Below are positions 25,042 through 34,132 of a stretch of DNA of 47,599 bases, one piece after another (within the stretch, counting starts at the first letter, position 1; the number at the start of each line of letters is the position of its first letter). Location: the NCBI GenBank assembly GCA_028713495.1, contig JAQTOF010000001.1, positions 1 through 47,599 on the forward strand, in the 5' to 3' direction. The notes below the pieces were generated by a model that saw nothing but the letters and a program-made list of their open reading frames with translations, was not told the origin of the DNA and did no database searches. Both the position numbers and the translations under genes were made by a program. Source of the stretch: Candidatus Iainarchaeum sp. Lineage in GTDB: Archaea; Micrarchaeota; Micrarchaeia; Anstonellales; Bilamarchaeaceae.

Positions 25042-25779
25042 ATGAAAAGCGGGAGAAAACAGGAGAGCAACCAGGAGAAGTTCCACAAGCTGGCCCGATG
25101 GTGGGATGGGACGGCCACGCCTTTCGCCAGGAGCTGGGAGAGCGCGAAGAACCTGTTCTACCATGATAAGGTAGCCAGCACTCTGGATGGGGCCCTCAAA
25201 CGCGCAGACGCCAGGCACACGGCGTACATATTCGCCCTTGCGGCATTGATGACATTCATCATATCCGTCATCGCTACGCTGGAATCGCTTGAAATCACCA
25301 AATACACCGTTGATATCCTAGAAGAGATTAGCGGGACGACGCTTCAGACGGATTTCGGCAACCTGGGAGCGCTGATCGTGTTCCAATACACCACCGTCCC
25401 GATTACTCTCGTGTTCATAGCCATCCACGAGCTTCTGGTATACCGGATAGCGCGGCTCACAGGTGGCAAAGGCACGTTCGGCCAGCAGTTCTATCTTTCC
25501 TCGCTCGTCTCGCTCGCCATGGCGTTCCTGTCAGCGCTCTACCTGTTCATGGCGCTGCCTTGCATCGGCATACTGGCCCTGCTCGGCCTCGTGATCGGAA
25601 GCGCATATCTGGTGCTCTATGTGAGCCCCAAAGCGTACGCGCGGGTCCATGGTATAAGCTACGTCCATGCATTCGCCATAAACATCGTGCTCCTGATATT
25701 GCGCATGGCAGCGTTGTACTTCATATCCAATGCGATGGCCGGCCTCCTGGGAATCCAGCTGGTCGGAGGATCATTCTAA
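25042..25779 (+). CDS. Multi-pass membrane protein (Yip1-like topology)
   Basis: Soluble N-terminus followed by about 5 hydrophobic helices. I chose the ATG at 25042; the longer ORF from 24826 would overlap the divergent gene. Confidence 0.6.
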   Translation: MKSGRKQESNQEKFHKLARWWDGTATPFARSWESAKNLFYHDKVASTLDGALKRADARHTAYIFALAALMTFIISVIATLESLEITKYTVDILEEISGTTLQTDFGNLGALIVFQYTTVPITLVFIAIHELLVYRIARLTGGKGTFGQQFYLSSLVSLAMAFLSALYLFMALPCIGILALLGLVIGSAYLVLYVSPKAYARVHGISYVHAFAINIVLLILRMAALYFISNAMAGLLGIQLVGGSF

Positions 25780-25790
25780 CGGTGCGTCAT

Positions 25791-26747
25791 ATGGCATTCA
25801 AAGCTGAGAAATTCATAGTTGAATCTATAGGGGAGATACAGAAGAAGATAGGCACGGAGAAGGCGATAACCGCCCTTTCAGGAGGGGTGGACTCCTTTGT
25901 CGCGGCCACGCTCGCAGCCAAAGCCATCCCTGGCCAGCTCCGCATAGTCTATGTGGACAACGGCCTCATGAGGAAGGATGAGACAAAACGGGTGAGCGAG
26001 ACGGCCAAGAGCGTGGGTGTGGACCTCAAGGTCGTTGATGCGAGGAAAAGGTTCCTGGACGCATTGAAGGGAGTCAGTGACCCTGAGACCAAACGGAAGA
26101 TCATAGGTGAAGCGTTCGTGAGGATATTCGAGGAGCAGGCCAAGGAGCACGGCTCCACATTCCTTATCCAGGGCACCATAGCGCCCGACTGGATAGAAAG
26201 CGGCGGCATGGGCCGGGACACGATAAAGAGCCACCACAACGTCGGTGGCCTACCTGAGAAGATGCACCTCAAGCTATGCGAGCCGCTGCGCGAGCTTTAC
26301 AAGCATGAAGTGAGGATGGTCGGGAAGGCATTAGGCTTGCCCGAAGCGATCTACCAAAGACAGCCCTTCCCTGGCCCTGGCCTTGGCGTGCGGATAGTGG
26401 GCGAGGTGACAGAGGAGAAGGTGGCGATCGTGCAGGGGGCCTGCGATATTGTCGAGGCCGAGCTCGATTCCGCTGTCGCGTCAGGCAAGATGGAGAAGCC
26501 ATGGCAGTATTTCGCTGCGCTTCTCCCCTCGAAGACGGTCGGCGTCAGAGGAGATGAGAGGGCGTACCAGTACACTGTTATCGTGAGGGCAGTGAGGAGC
26601 CTGGATGGCATGACAGCCAATTTTTCGCACATACCTCCCGAAGTGCTTGAGAAGATATCGACAAGGATGACTAACGAGATACGCTCTGTGGGAAGAGTAG
26701 TCTACGATATAACCAACAAGCCGCCCGGGACCATAGAGATGGAATGA
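25791..26747 (+). CDS. guaAB: GMP synthase, ATP-pyrophosphatase subunit (subunit B)
   Basis: PP-loop SGGVDS, and C-terminal KPPGTIEME typical of the GMPS dimerisation domain. Homology begins at the ATG at 25791. Confidence 0.92.
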   Translation: MAFKAEKFIVESIGEIQKKIGTEKAITALSGGVDSFVAATLAAKAIPGQLRIVYVDNGLMRKDETKRVSETAKSVGVDLKVVDARKRFLDALKGVSDPETKRKIIGEAFVRIFEEQAKEHGSTFLIQGTIAPDWIESGGMGRDTIKSHHNVGGLPEKMHLKLCEPLRELYKHEVRMVGKALGLPEAIYQRQPFPGPGLGVRIVGEVTEEKVAIVQGACDIVEAELDSAVASGKMEKPWQYFAALLPSKTVGVRGDERAYQYTVIVRAVRSLDGMTANFSHIPPEVLEKISTRMTNEIRSVGRVVYDITNKPPGTIEME

Positions 26748-27014
26748 TCAGCGGAGCGCGGTCAGCATGTTTCTGAAACGTTCTGGCACCGGGATGGGTC
26801 GGGTCTTGTCTACATTCGCTGCGATGTCCATATCTTTGCCTGCCTTGGCGATTGCTTTCGGGCCGCCCACATAAGTGGATTCGGCGCTGAGCAGGAAGTT
26901 GGCTGCGCTGGCACCTAAAGTGTGAATCGGCCCGTGGAGCTCTTCGCTGGTTCTGCTTACGCCAGGAAGGAGGGATTTCTCAACTGCTTCCTTTTTCTTG
27001 TATGTTTCGGCCAT
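26748..27014 (-). CDS. Hypothetical small protein
   Basis: ORF with ATG at 27014 (MAETYKKKE); the longer version starts at a TTG. No recognised motif. Confidence 0.45.
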   Translation of the reverse strand: MAETYKKKEAVEKSLLPGVSRTSEELHGPIHTLGASAANFLLSAESTYVGGPKAIAKAGKDMDIAANVDKTRPIPVPERFRNMLTALR

Positions 27015-27075
27015 ATTCCCACTTTTTAACGCTATTAGCAATAGTATAGTATATCAAACTCTTTAAAACCTTGCT

Positions 27076-27600
27076 ATGAGAGGTTTATTCATGGAGGATA
27101 TGGAGCAGGCTAGGTCCCTACTGGCGAAACAGCGCTATAGGGAGGCCGCGGACCTGTTGGATCGTCTCCTGCCCAGGGATTCTGACAACGACGAATTGTG
27201 GTACCTGAGGGGCATGGTATCGCTCAAGCTCAAAAACTACGATGCGGCCCAGGAATGCTTCGAACGGGCGCTCCTCCTTGGCAAGAAATCAAGATACTAC
27301 CAGATAAAGGGCATGGCGCATTTCGAGGTTTTCGAGATGGAGGAGGCAGCAGAGGCTTTCCTGAACGCACTGGCCCTTGAACCCAACGACGCCACCAGCA
27401 ATTTCTTCCTTGCGATGTGCTACCTTTTCCTGGATGACCCAAGGTCGGATGCCCATATCAAAAGGGCCCACGAGATCAACAGCAAGAAGACCAAGCAGCT
27501 GCTCCTGAATTTTTACACCCTTTTCCTCAAGGATGACCCGAGAACGAGCGTTGCGCAGAGGAACGCGATAGAAGCGCAGATAAAGAGCCTGAAGGGCTGA
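27076..27600 (+). CDS. TPR-repeat protein
   Basis: Repeated 34-aa units (W-LG-Y-A-F-A-P pattern, for example ELWYLRGMVSLKLKNYDAAQECFERAL). The start may be the ATG at 27091, given the TATA-like CTTTAAAAC at 27058-27066. Confidence 0.75.
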   Translation: MRGLFMEDMEQARSLLAKQRYREAADLLDRLLPRDSDNDELWYLRGMVSLKLKNYDAAQECFERALLLGKKSRYYQIKGMAHFEVFEMEEAAEAFLNALALEPNDATSNFFLAMCYLFLDDPRSDAHIKRAHEINSKKTKQLLLNFYTLFLKDDPRTSVAQRNAIEAQIKSLKG

Positions 27601-28494
27601 CTATTTCTCCAGCCGTTTCTTCATCTCGTTCAGCCATGCCCTCTCTTTCAGGCTGTGCGGGGTGATGTTTTGGGCGAAGCGCTCCAGCGTGCTCCCTTTC
27701 TCGCGCGATAGCCAGTTCTTCTTCTTTTTGAGCGACTTGAGGTAGGCTGGGTTCGCGAGCAATATCTGGGTCACCAACCTCTCATAGTGCTCTCTGTCCC
27801 TGCTGATCTCCCGGAGCTTCTTTGTGGCTGCAGCCTCTGCGACAGTACCCCTTCCCGTGGCTTTCTGGTGCTCTGCCTTTGCCTTGACCTCCTCGTACGA
27901 CAAGTGGTTTATCATGGCCATGAACTTCGTCAGGGGCATCTGGATGAGCGTATCTGTTATCAGGACCAGCCAACCCTCGCGCAACAGCGTCCGGTCCACC
28001 TTCTTTATGAGCTCGAGGGCTTCATCCTTATCCATATCCGCTGTCATATGCCCTTTGAGCACGGGATAGGTGGCTACTAAGGAGCGGGCCTGGACCTTCC
28101 CTATCCATTTCCTGAGGAACTTTTTCGCATCCCTGAGCGAGGCCCTGGAAGCCTTGAGCTGCTGCAGCTTGGCTAAGGCCTGTTGGGGCGGTGTGTTCTT
28201 GAAATCCACCAGCCAGGATTTCTTTGATAGCGCTCTGCCGACGTATTCGTCTTCCATGTAAGCGCCCAGCAATTCAGGGAAATATTTGTGCAGGGCCCGG
28301 AATTCCTCCAGATTGAGGAGGAGCTCCATCGTGATCTCGCCCTCCTTCTTCCGGATCTGCTGGCGGATCCGGTTGGCTTCCAGCTTCAGGTCCGGATCGT
28401 ATGCATGGCGGTACTGGTTCTCCAGCTTCCGCAGGGCGTCCCACCTCTCCCGCAGATATGCCGCTGATTCCTCCAGGTAGTCTATGAGCAGCAT
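27601..28494 (-). CDS. Hypothetical all-alpha protein
   Basis: 297-aa ORF whose start overlaps the stop of the upstream nfo-like gene by 1 nt. No recognised motif. Confidence 0.65.
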   Translation of the reverse strand: MLLIDYLEESAAYLRERWDALRKLENQYRHAYDPDLKLEANRIRQQIRKKEGEITMELLLNLEEFRALHKYFPELLGAYMEDEYVGRALSKKSWLVDFKNTPPQQALAKLQQLKASRASLRDAKKFLRKWIGKVQARSLVATYPVLKGHMTADMDKDEALELIKKVDRTLLREGWLVLITDTLIQMPLTKFMAMINHLSYEEVKAKAEHQKATGRGTVAEAAATKKLREISRDREHYERLVTQILLANPAYLKSLKKKKNWLSREKGSTLERFAQNITPHSLKERAWLNEMKKRLEK

Positions 28495-29327
28495 TAGTGT
28501 TTCACCAGCCGTTCATACTCGGCCTTCATGGTGAGGGCGTCTATGTCCAGCTTGGGAGATTCGCATATCACCGTGCCTGAATATCCGTTCTCTGCGAGCA
28601 CCTTCATGAATGGCTTGAAAGGCGGCTCGTTGCTGGTGCCGAGCACGAGATGGTTGAGCTCGCCCTTGTCAGAATATTTTATCTCGGAGAAGTGGCAGTG
28701 GAACCGTTTGACATAGCTGCCGAGCTCTTTCTCGAGCAGGTCGAATATCTTCTTGTAATCATCCGCGCCGCGTATGCGCACGTCGCCGCGCGCGTGGAGA
28801 TGGGCGAAATCCACAGCCGGCTCCACCATGTCGAGCTGCTGGGATAGCCTTATGTTCTCGAGCAGGCCGCCGAAAGCGCTCTTCTTGCCGACAGTCTCTG
28901 CGCCCAGCCTTATCTTCACCCCATCCTGCTTCAATCGTTCCTCGATCTCCTTGAGGTTCTTCTTCGCCGTGGCAAAGGCTTCCTCAGGAGTCTGCTTCTG
29001 GTAGAAGCCGGGGTGGAAGACCGTGATGTCCCCGCCTGCCAGGGCCGTGATGCGGGCTGATGAGAGGATGTGCCTGTGCGAATTCTTTATCTTCGCCTCG
29101 TCTTTGGAGCAGAGATTGACATAATAGGGCGCATGCGATGATAGCCAGGTGCCGGTCTCCTCGGCCGCCTTTCTGACCTCTGCGGCGGCAGCTTCCCCCA
29201 TGCGCACGCCCTGCACGAATTCCATCTCCATGGCCGTGAGGCCGAGCTCAGCGCAGCATCTCACGCCCTCAAGGGTGCTGCTGCCCTTGCACTGGATGGG
29301 GATTCCGGCAGGACCGAACCGTATCAT
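28494..29327 (-). CDS. nfo: AP endonuclease family 2 / endonuclease IV-like TIM-barrel protein
   Basis: Metal-ligand pattern SHAPYYVNL, VFHPG, GAETVG, DFAHLHA and HCHFSE. Confidence 0.75.
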   Translation of the reverse strand: MIRFGPAGIPIQCKGSSTLEGVRCCAELGLTAMEMEFVQGVRMGEAAAAEVRKAAEETGTWLSSHAPYYVNLCSKDEAKIKNSHRHILSSARITALAGGDITVFHPGFYQKQTPEEAFATAKKNLKEIEERLKQDGVKIRLGAETVGKKSAFGGLLENIRLSQQLDMVEPAVDFAHLHARGDVRIRGADDYKKIFDLLEKELGSYVKRFHCHFSEIKYSDKGELNHLVLGTSNEPPFKPFMKVLAENGYSGTVICESPKLDIDALTMKAEYERLVKH

Positions 29328-29357
29328 GAACAGGATGGGAGGGTAAAAAGATAAAAA

Positions 29358-30203
29358 TCATTGGCAGACGTGGGTTTCCTGGTTGCAGACTTCGCCCTGC
29401 ACGCAGTCGGCGTTGTCATTGCAGAAACCGCTCTTGGCGCTGCAGTAATGGCCGCTGTCGCAGACCTGCCAGCTGCCGCAATCGGCGTTGGTCCCGCAGC
29501 GGTCCTTGCCAGGTTCGCAGCGGTGGCTGGTGCTGCTGCAGAATTCCCACTCATTGCATTCATTGTCAGCCAGGCAGTAGCCCTGGCGGGCGATGCATTT
29601 CTTGGAAACCTGGTCGCAGCGTGACCAGGCCTTGCAGTCCTCGTCGTTGATGCAGTAGCCCACTTTCGGCTGGCAGAAATGGGTCTTCAGCTCGCAGACC
29701 TGCCAGGTCTCGCAATCTCCGTCCAGATCGCACCTGCCTTCCAGCATGTAGCACCGCTTGCTGACGATGTCGCATTTCTTCCATGAATCGCAGTCGGTGT
29801 CAGAGAGACAGTAGCCAGGCGCAGGGCCGCACTGGTGGGTGGCCGGGTTGCAGAATTCGAAAACAGGATCGCATTGAGAATCCGAATCGCAGTAGCTGGC
29901 TGCGGCTCTGCAATACTGCTCTGTGTCGCACACCTGCCAGTTCTCGCAATTGGCGTTGCTCCTGCATCGGCCCTCCTGATAGACGCACAGATGCGTCCTC
30001 TCCGCGTCGCAGCGGGTGAGGTTGTCGGTGCACTGCTCGTCCAAGTCGCAGTAGCCGGCCATGGTAGCGCAGCTTCCGCTGCTTGTATTGCAGGATTGCC
30101 AGGCCTCGCAATCAGCATTGCTCTTGCAAGCGGCCTCTCCTGTGCTTCCGCACCCTGCCAAAACCAATGCCAGCGCTATAAAACCGAGTAAGAGGATCCT
30201 CAT
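29358..30203 (-). CDS. Lipobox protein made of ten tandem 4-Cys repeats
   Basis: Signal plus lipobox LALVLAGC, then 10 units of C-x5-C-x5/6-C-x5/7-C-x6 (motif C-x-[SDN]-[DN]-x-[DEQN]-C-x2-W-x2-C). I counted 41 Cys in 281 aa by hand. Confidence 0.85.
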   Translation of the reverse strand: MRILLLGFIALALVLAGCGSTGEAACKSNADCEAWQSCNTSSGSCATMAGYCDLDEQCTDNLTRCDAERTHLCVYQEGRCRSNANCENWQVCDTEQYCRAAASYCDSDSQCDPVFEFCNPATHQCGPAPGYCLSDTDCDSWKKCDIVSKRCYMLEGRCDLDGDCETWQVCELKTHFCQPKVGYCINDEDCKAWSRCDQVSKKCIARQGYCLADNECNEWEFCSSTSHRCEPGKDRCGTNADCGSWQVCDSGHYCSAKSGFCNDNADCVQGEVCNQETHVCQ

Positions 30204-30227
30204 GTGGGACTATTGGAGTGGTAATTC

Positions 30228-30893
30228 TTATAAGCGTTGCAGGATTCTGATGAGGCCGCTGATATCCTTCAGGCTGTGATGGGCCCGTGTCGGTATTCTG
30301 GAATGCTTGCCTGCCAGCACACGGACCGTGGCGATGCCGATCTTCCTGGCTGGCGCGATGTCAGCATCCTCACGGTCGCCGACCATCATGCACTCTTCTG
30401 GTCTTGCGCCAAGACGCCTGAGCACCTTGCGGTAGAACGAGACGCTCTTTTCAGTGCCGAGCTCCTCTGACACGAAAACGCCGTCAAAATAGAGCGCTAT
30501 GCGCAGGCGGATGAGCTTGTCCCACTGCTTCACCGCATCGCCGTTCGTGGCTATATAGAGCTTGTAGCCGGCTTCCTTGAGCCTGAGCAGGGTGAGGGGC
30601 ACCTTCGGGAAGGGCTGGATGGCGGTCTTGGTGTCATGGTAGGCGGCCACTGCGGCTGCCGTGTAGCGGGCAGGATCCTTTATACCGAGCTGTTTGCACA
30701 GGTCATCGAAATGGCCGCCATAGTTGGAGCCTTTCCTGTCGATTATCCTGGTCAGCTTTGCCATGATGGCGTTCTGATCGCCTGGCAGGCCCATGCTTAT
30801 CATGGCGTTTATAGCGTTCTTCCTGGCCAGGGTGGAGAATTCGGTGGATGGGAAAAGCGTGTCGTCTATGTCGAAAAGGATGTATTTGATCAT
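30228..30893 (-). CDS. HAD-superfamily hydrolase
   Basis: Motif I FDIDDTLFPS and motif IV MVGDREDADI. I chose the ATG at 30893, where homology begins. Confidence 0.85.
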   Translation of the reverse strand: MIKYILFDIDDTLFPSTEFSTLARKNAINAMISMGLPGDQNAIMAKLTRIIDRKGSNYGGHFDDLCKQLGIKDPARYTAAAVAAYHDTKTAIQPFPKVPLTLLRLKEAGYKLYIATNGDAVKQWDKLIRLRIALYFDGVFVSEELGTEKSVSFYRKVLRRLGARPEECMMVGDREDADIAPARKIGIATVRVLAGKHSRIPTRAHHSLKDISGLIRILQRL

Positions 30894-30937
30894 GAAGGAT
30901 ATGCGTAGAAAGAAAATAAAATAGAGAGGGAAGACAA

Positions 30938-31255
30938 CTAGCCGGAGCGGCCTTCCTTCGGTATCTCGGCCGGTACTGGGAGGATGCACCCGCATTCGTC
31001 TCCTGATGCGCCGACTTTCACGTTGGACATGTTGACCGGGTTGTCGAGCTTTGTGGTTTGTCCGCCGCAGCTGGCAGAGATGGCCCCTCGCTGCGAAGGA
31101 ACGCCTTCAGGGCTCACGAAGAAGCTGGCTGACAAGCTTATATCGTCAGAGCAGCCGAGGTCTTTTCTCAGCTGTGATGCGTCTACAGAACGGAGCAGAC
31201 GGCCGACCAGCGGACCTGGTTTGACACGGCTCGTGTCGCAGTCAGACGGGGTGCA
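30938..31255 (-). repeat. 318-nt duplicated 3' coding module, copy 1
   Basis: Aligns without gaps to 33815..34132 at high identity by eye. Confidence 0.8.
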
Positions 31256-32257
31256 TTTAGGGGGTTCTGGCTCCGGCACCTTAACTTGTATACATTCGCA
31301 CTCCGCACAGACATAGCCCTCTCCGCAGCCACCCCGGGGTCTTGTCGGGGATGTCGTGGATTCATCGCACTCCTCTGTGGGCTGCGCTATGCCGTCGTTG
31401 CATGTCTTGGACGGTTTTACGCAGTTGCACCGCACGCAGCGCTCGCCCTTATCGCAGCCTCCGCGCGGCTTGCCGCTGCTTGGGTCGCATTCCTCGCCCG
31501 GGTTTATGCCTTCGCTGCCGCAGAGATCGTGGTAGAGGTTCGAGCAGAAACATGGCTCAGGCGGAAAATCTGCGCAGTCAGGCAGGGTCACATCAATCGT
31601 CTCGCTGTAGTCATTGACCACAGTGAAGAGATCGCCACCTTCAGTGCGGTAAGCACCAGGTTGGGCATAGAGCTTTTCTATCTCCTCCTGGGTACGCAGC
31701 CTTTTCCTAGTGTTAGGGTTCTTGACTAGCTCCGGAAGGGATACCTTCTCCCTGGTGAGCAAAGGCGCTTCCTGGCCACGCCTGGCGCATGGATCCGCTT
31801 TGACCCTCGCCATTATGCAGTCCGGAGAATTCTCGTCCTCCAGAGGAAGCTTGATGAACCTGCCGTCAGTGTACGTATCCCTGAACTCCTGCAGCAGGTT
31901 GCCTGCAGGATCCTTGAGCTCGGACTTTTCGTCAGTAGTATCGCAGACGTTATCTCCCCTGTAGCCGTCTTCCTTGGAATAGTTCTGATTCTTGACAGGC
32001 TTACCGCTGCTGTCCAGCAGCACTTTGCCGGTCCGTATATCACGTTTGTATGGATGGCCTTCGATGTCGGCCATGAATATGCCGTCGGCTTTGATAGCTA
32101 TGGGTTCCACCTTCGGCTCGGTGTGGCGGAACAAAAGGACCGCGGCGGCTGCGGCAACCACGACTACCGTGGCGACTCCAGCTACGATACGGCTACTGGT
32201 CCTTGAGCTTTTAAACGTCTGGCTTCTCTGCGCCCTCTGTTCGTGTTCCAACATCAT
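30938..32257 (-). CDS. N-terminally anchored extracytoplasmic Cys-rich protein, paralogue 1 (shared C-terminal ~105-aa module)
   Basis: TM segment IVAGVATVVVVAAAAAVLLF. Contains C-N-D-G-x4-E-E-C-D-type Cys repeats. The C-terminal module is about 80% identical to that of 33815..34705. Confidence 0.8.
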   Translation of the reverse strand: MMLEHEQRAQRSQTFKSSRTSSRIVAGVATVVVVAAAAAVLLFRHTEPKVEPIAIKADGIFMADIEGHPYKRDIRTGKVLLDSSGKPVKNQNYSKEDGYRGDNVCDTTDEKSELKDPAGNLLQEFRDTYTDGRFIKLPLEDENSPDCIMARVKADPCARRGQEAPLLTREKVSLPELVKNPNTRKRLRTQEEIEKLYAQPGAYRTEGGDLFTVVNDYSETIDVTLPDCADFPPEPCFCSNLYHDLCGSEGINPGEECDPSSGKPRGGCDKGERCVRCNCVKPSKTCNDGIAQPTEECDESTTSPTRPRGGCGEGYVCAECECIQVKVPEPEPPKCTPSDCDTSRVKPGPLVGRLLRSVDASQLRKDLGCSDDISLSASFFVSPEGVPSQRGAISASCGGQTTKLDNPVNMSNVKVGASGDECGCILPVPAEIPKEGRSG

Positions 32258-32267
32258 AACATCAACC

Positions 32268-33710
32268 TCATGATCGTGATCTGTTGCGGTCCAGCTGCAG
32301 ATATTTGTTGCGGTCCAGCAGCAGGTAATCGCCCCTTATGATAGACACATTCTCCTGTCCGCGCATTCCGCCGCCCATCGCGAACTCCAAACGTATCTTC
32401 TTGGCGCGGTAGAACGCACTGCCATACTCCTGTGTCCTAAACATTTCGTCCAGCTTGCGCCTGAGCAATGGGTCGCTGTCGAAGAGCGACTGGAGCACGG
32501 CGGGCCTGTCTTCTGGGCTTGCGCCAAGGTAAGGATTTAGCCTGGCCAGCACGACATCCGTCTCTGCTTCGGTAAGCAGCCCCCCCATCCTATTCACCAT
32601 GCGATTCGACAGTTTGGCTTCCTGCATGGCCGCGACAAAGACCTTCGCATCCCTGCTGAGGATGTCAAGAGCATCGAAAAGCGTTTCGTCTCCCCTCAGC
32701 TCCTCCTGAATGGCTCTGGAAATGGCTGGGCCCCGCCCTGCGACCTTGGCTATAGATGCTAGCTTTCTGATCGCATAGTCGTGCGCCTCATCGAGCCTTT
32801 CCGCGCTTATGCCGGCATAATGTTTAGCCATCCTTCTCTTGGTCAGGTAATTGGAAATCATGCTGGCGAGGAAGCCAAGGCCTGTGAGGCCATAGAAAAC
32901 TGATATGACGCCTTTCACGCTGTCAAGCGGAGGGAGGTGCAGTTTGGTTTCCCAGATGTCTCTTATGACTGCGGAGACATCTTTATGGGACTCCATCACA
33001 CCGTTGATTCCTGTGGCGATGACCTGGAATGCGTCTGTCGAGAACAAGGCATAGCTGACCATGCCAATGGTCGCAACGGTCCAGGTAAACGGACTGGTGA
33101 GGAACCGCTTCACACGGCTAGGGCGTTTCAGCGGTGTTGCTGGACGCGGGAGCACTACGGTTGCAAGAGGTAGTGGGGCTAGATTAGGCGCTGGAGCAGC
33201 AGGAACTGCTTCGACAGCGGGATCGCCGAGGTCCACTGTCCCTGGCGCTGCAGATGCTTGCCTGGCCTCGATGACACTAAGAACGTTATTGATGCCGTCG
33301 TCGATGGAATCATCAGCTTTTGGAGCATCTGAGATATCTACATCATCTGAAGCGAACTCGGTCGCAGCGCGGGCATCTGCGCTATCCACATTGTTGCCTG
33401 GCGCCGGAGATGGAGCGAACAGTTCCCGCAGTAAGCCTTTTTTGGTGATTGCCATGCGAAGGGGCGCCAGCTCAGGGTTAGTTGCGAAATCCTTTACTTC
33501 GCTAATGCCGCGCTCTCCACAGGCCTTTTTGGCAGATGCCAGGAGTTCGTCCCTGCCCATCTGCATGAGAGAATCAAGGCTATAGGCGACCTTTAGGGCA
33601 GCAGGCGGTTCACTGAGCGGAGCTTCCTGTGATCTGACTGCTGCCGTGGGCTTGACCCCATTGGCTCCATCAGGCTTGCCCTTACGTTTTCTGTCTTCCA
33701 ATACACCCAT
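32268..33710 (-). CDS. Orphan membrane protein: basic/disordered N-region, two central TM helices, helical C-domain
   Basis: 480-aa ORF with TM segments FTWTVATIGMVSYALF and VISVFYGLTGLGFLASMI. GGTGGG Shine-Dalgarno, and TATA-like TATTTAAAAAC about 60 nt upstream. Confidence 0.75.
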   Translation of the reverse strand: MGVLEDRKRKGKPDGANGVKPTAAVRSQEAPLSEPPAALKVAYSLDSLMQMGRDELLASAKKACGERGISEVKDFATNPELAPLRMAITKKGLLRELFAPSPAPGNNVDSADARAATEFASDDVDISDAPKADDSIDDGINNVLSVIEARQASAAPGTVDLGDPAVEAVPAAPAPNLAPLPLATVVLPRPATPLKRPSRVKRFLTSPFTWTVATIGMVSYALFSTDAFQVIATGINGVMESHKDVSAVIRDIWETKLHLPPLDSVKGVISVFYGLTGLGFLASMISNYLTKRRMAKHYAGISAERLDEAHDYAIRKLASIAKVAGRGPAISRAIQEELRGDETLFDALDILSRDAKVFVAAMQEAKLSNRMVNRMGGLLTEAETDVVLARLNPYLGASPEDRPAVLQSLFDSDPLLRRKLDEMFRTQEYGSAFYRAKKIRLEFAMGGGMRGQENVSIIRGDYLLLDRNKYLQLDRNRSRS

Positions 33711-33814
33711 CTTTGCCCACCGCTTTTAAATGTTTTAGTACGCATATATTTGTGTAACTAAGGGTTTTTAAATATAACGATAAGGACAGAGAAGAAAGAA
33801 AAGATGAAAAAGAA

Positions 33815-34132
33815 TCAGCCGGAGCTGCCTTCCTTAGGTATCTCAGCTGATGTCGGGAGGATGCACCTGCATTCGCCGCCTGGTGCGCCGACTTTCACGT
33901 TGGACAGGTTGGCCTTGCTGTCGAGCGCTGTGGTTTTTCCTCCGCAGGTGGCAGAGATAGCCCCTTGCTGTGAAGGAACGCCTTCAGGACTCACAGAGAA
34001 CTTGGCTGACAGTCCTATATCGTCAGAGCAGCCGAGATCTTTTCTCAGCTGTGATGCGTCCACAGAACGGAGCAGACGGCCGATCAGCGGTCCTGGTTTG
34101 ACACGGCTCGTATCGCACTGTGCTGGGGTGCA
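33815..34132 (-). repeat. 318-nt duplicated 3' coding module, copy 2
   Basis: Aligns without gaps to 30938..31255. Confidence 0.8.

Noticed and set aside
25560-25790. N-terminal extensions of listed ORFs (25560-25790 on guaAB; also 3793-3915 on pdaD, 30894-30995 on the HAD gene, 24826-25041 on the membrane protein, 23053-23127 on the DUF2085 gene)
   Set aside because: The extensions overlap neighbouring genes and are non-homologous and Arg/Pro-rich. In each case an internal ATG sits where family homology begins, at the proper TATA or Shine-Dalgarno spacing.
30984-31316. Plus-strand ORFs 30984-31316 and 33804-34232 that resemble each other
   Set aside because: Their similarity follows simply from the duplicated 318-nt module on the minus strand. 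They are antisense to Cys-rich genes with signal anchors and operon context.
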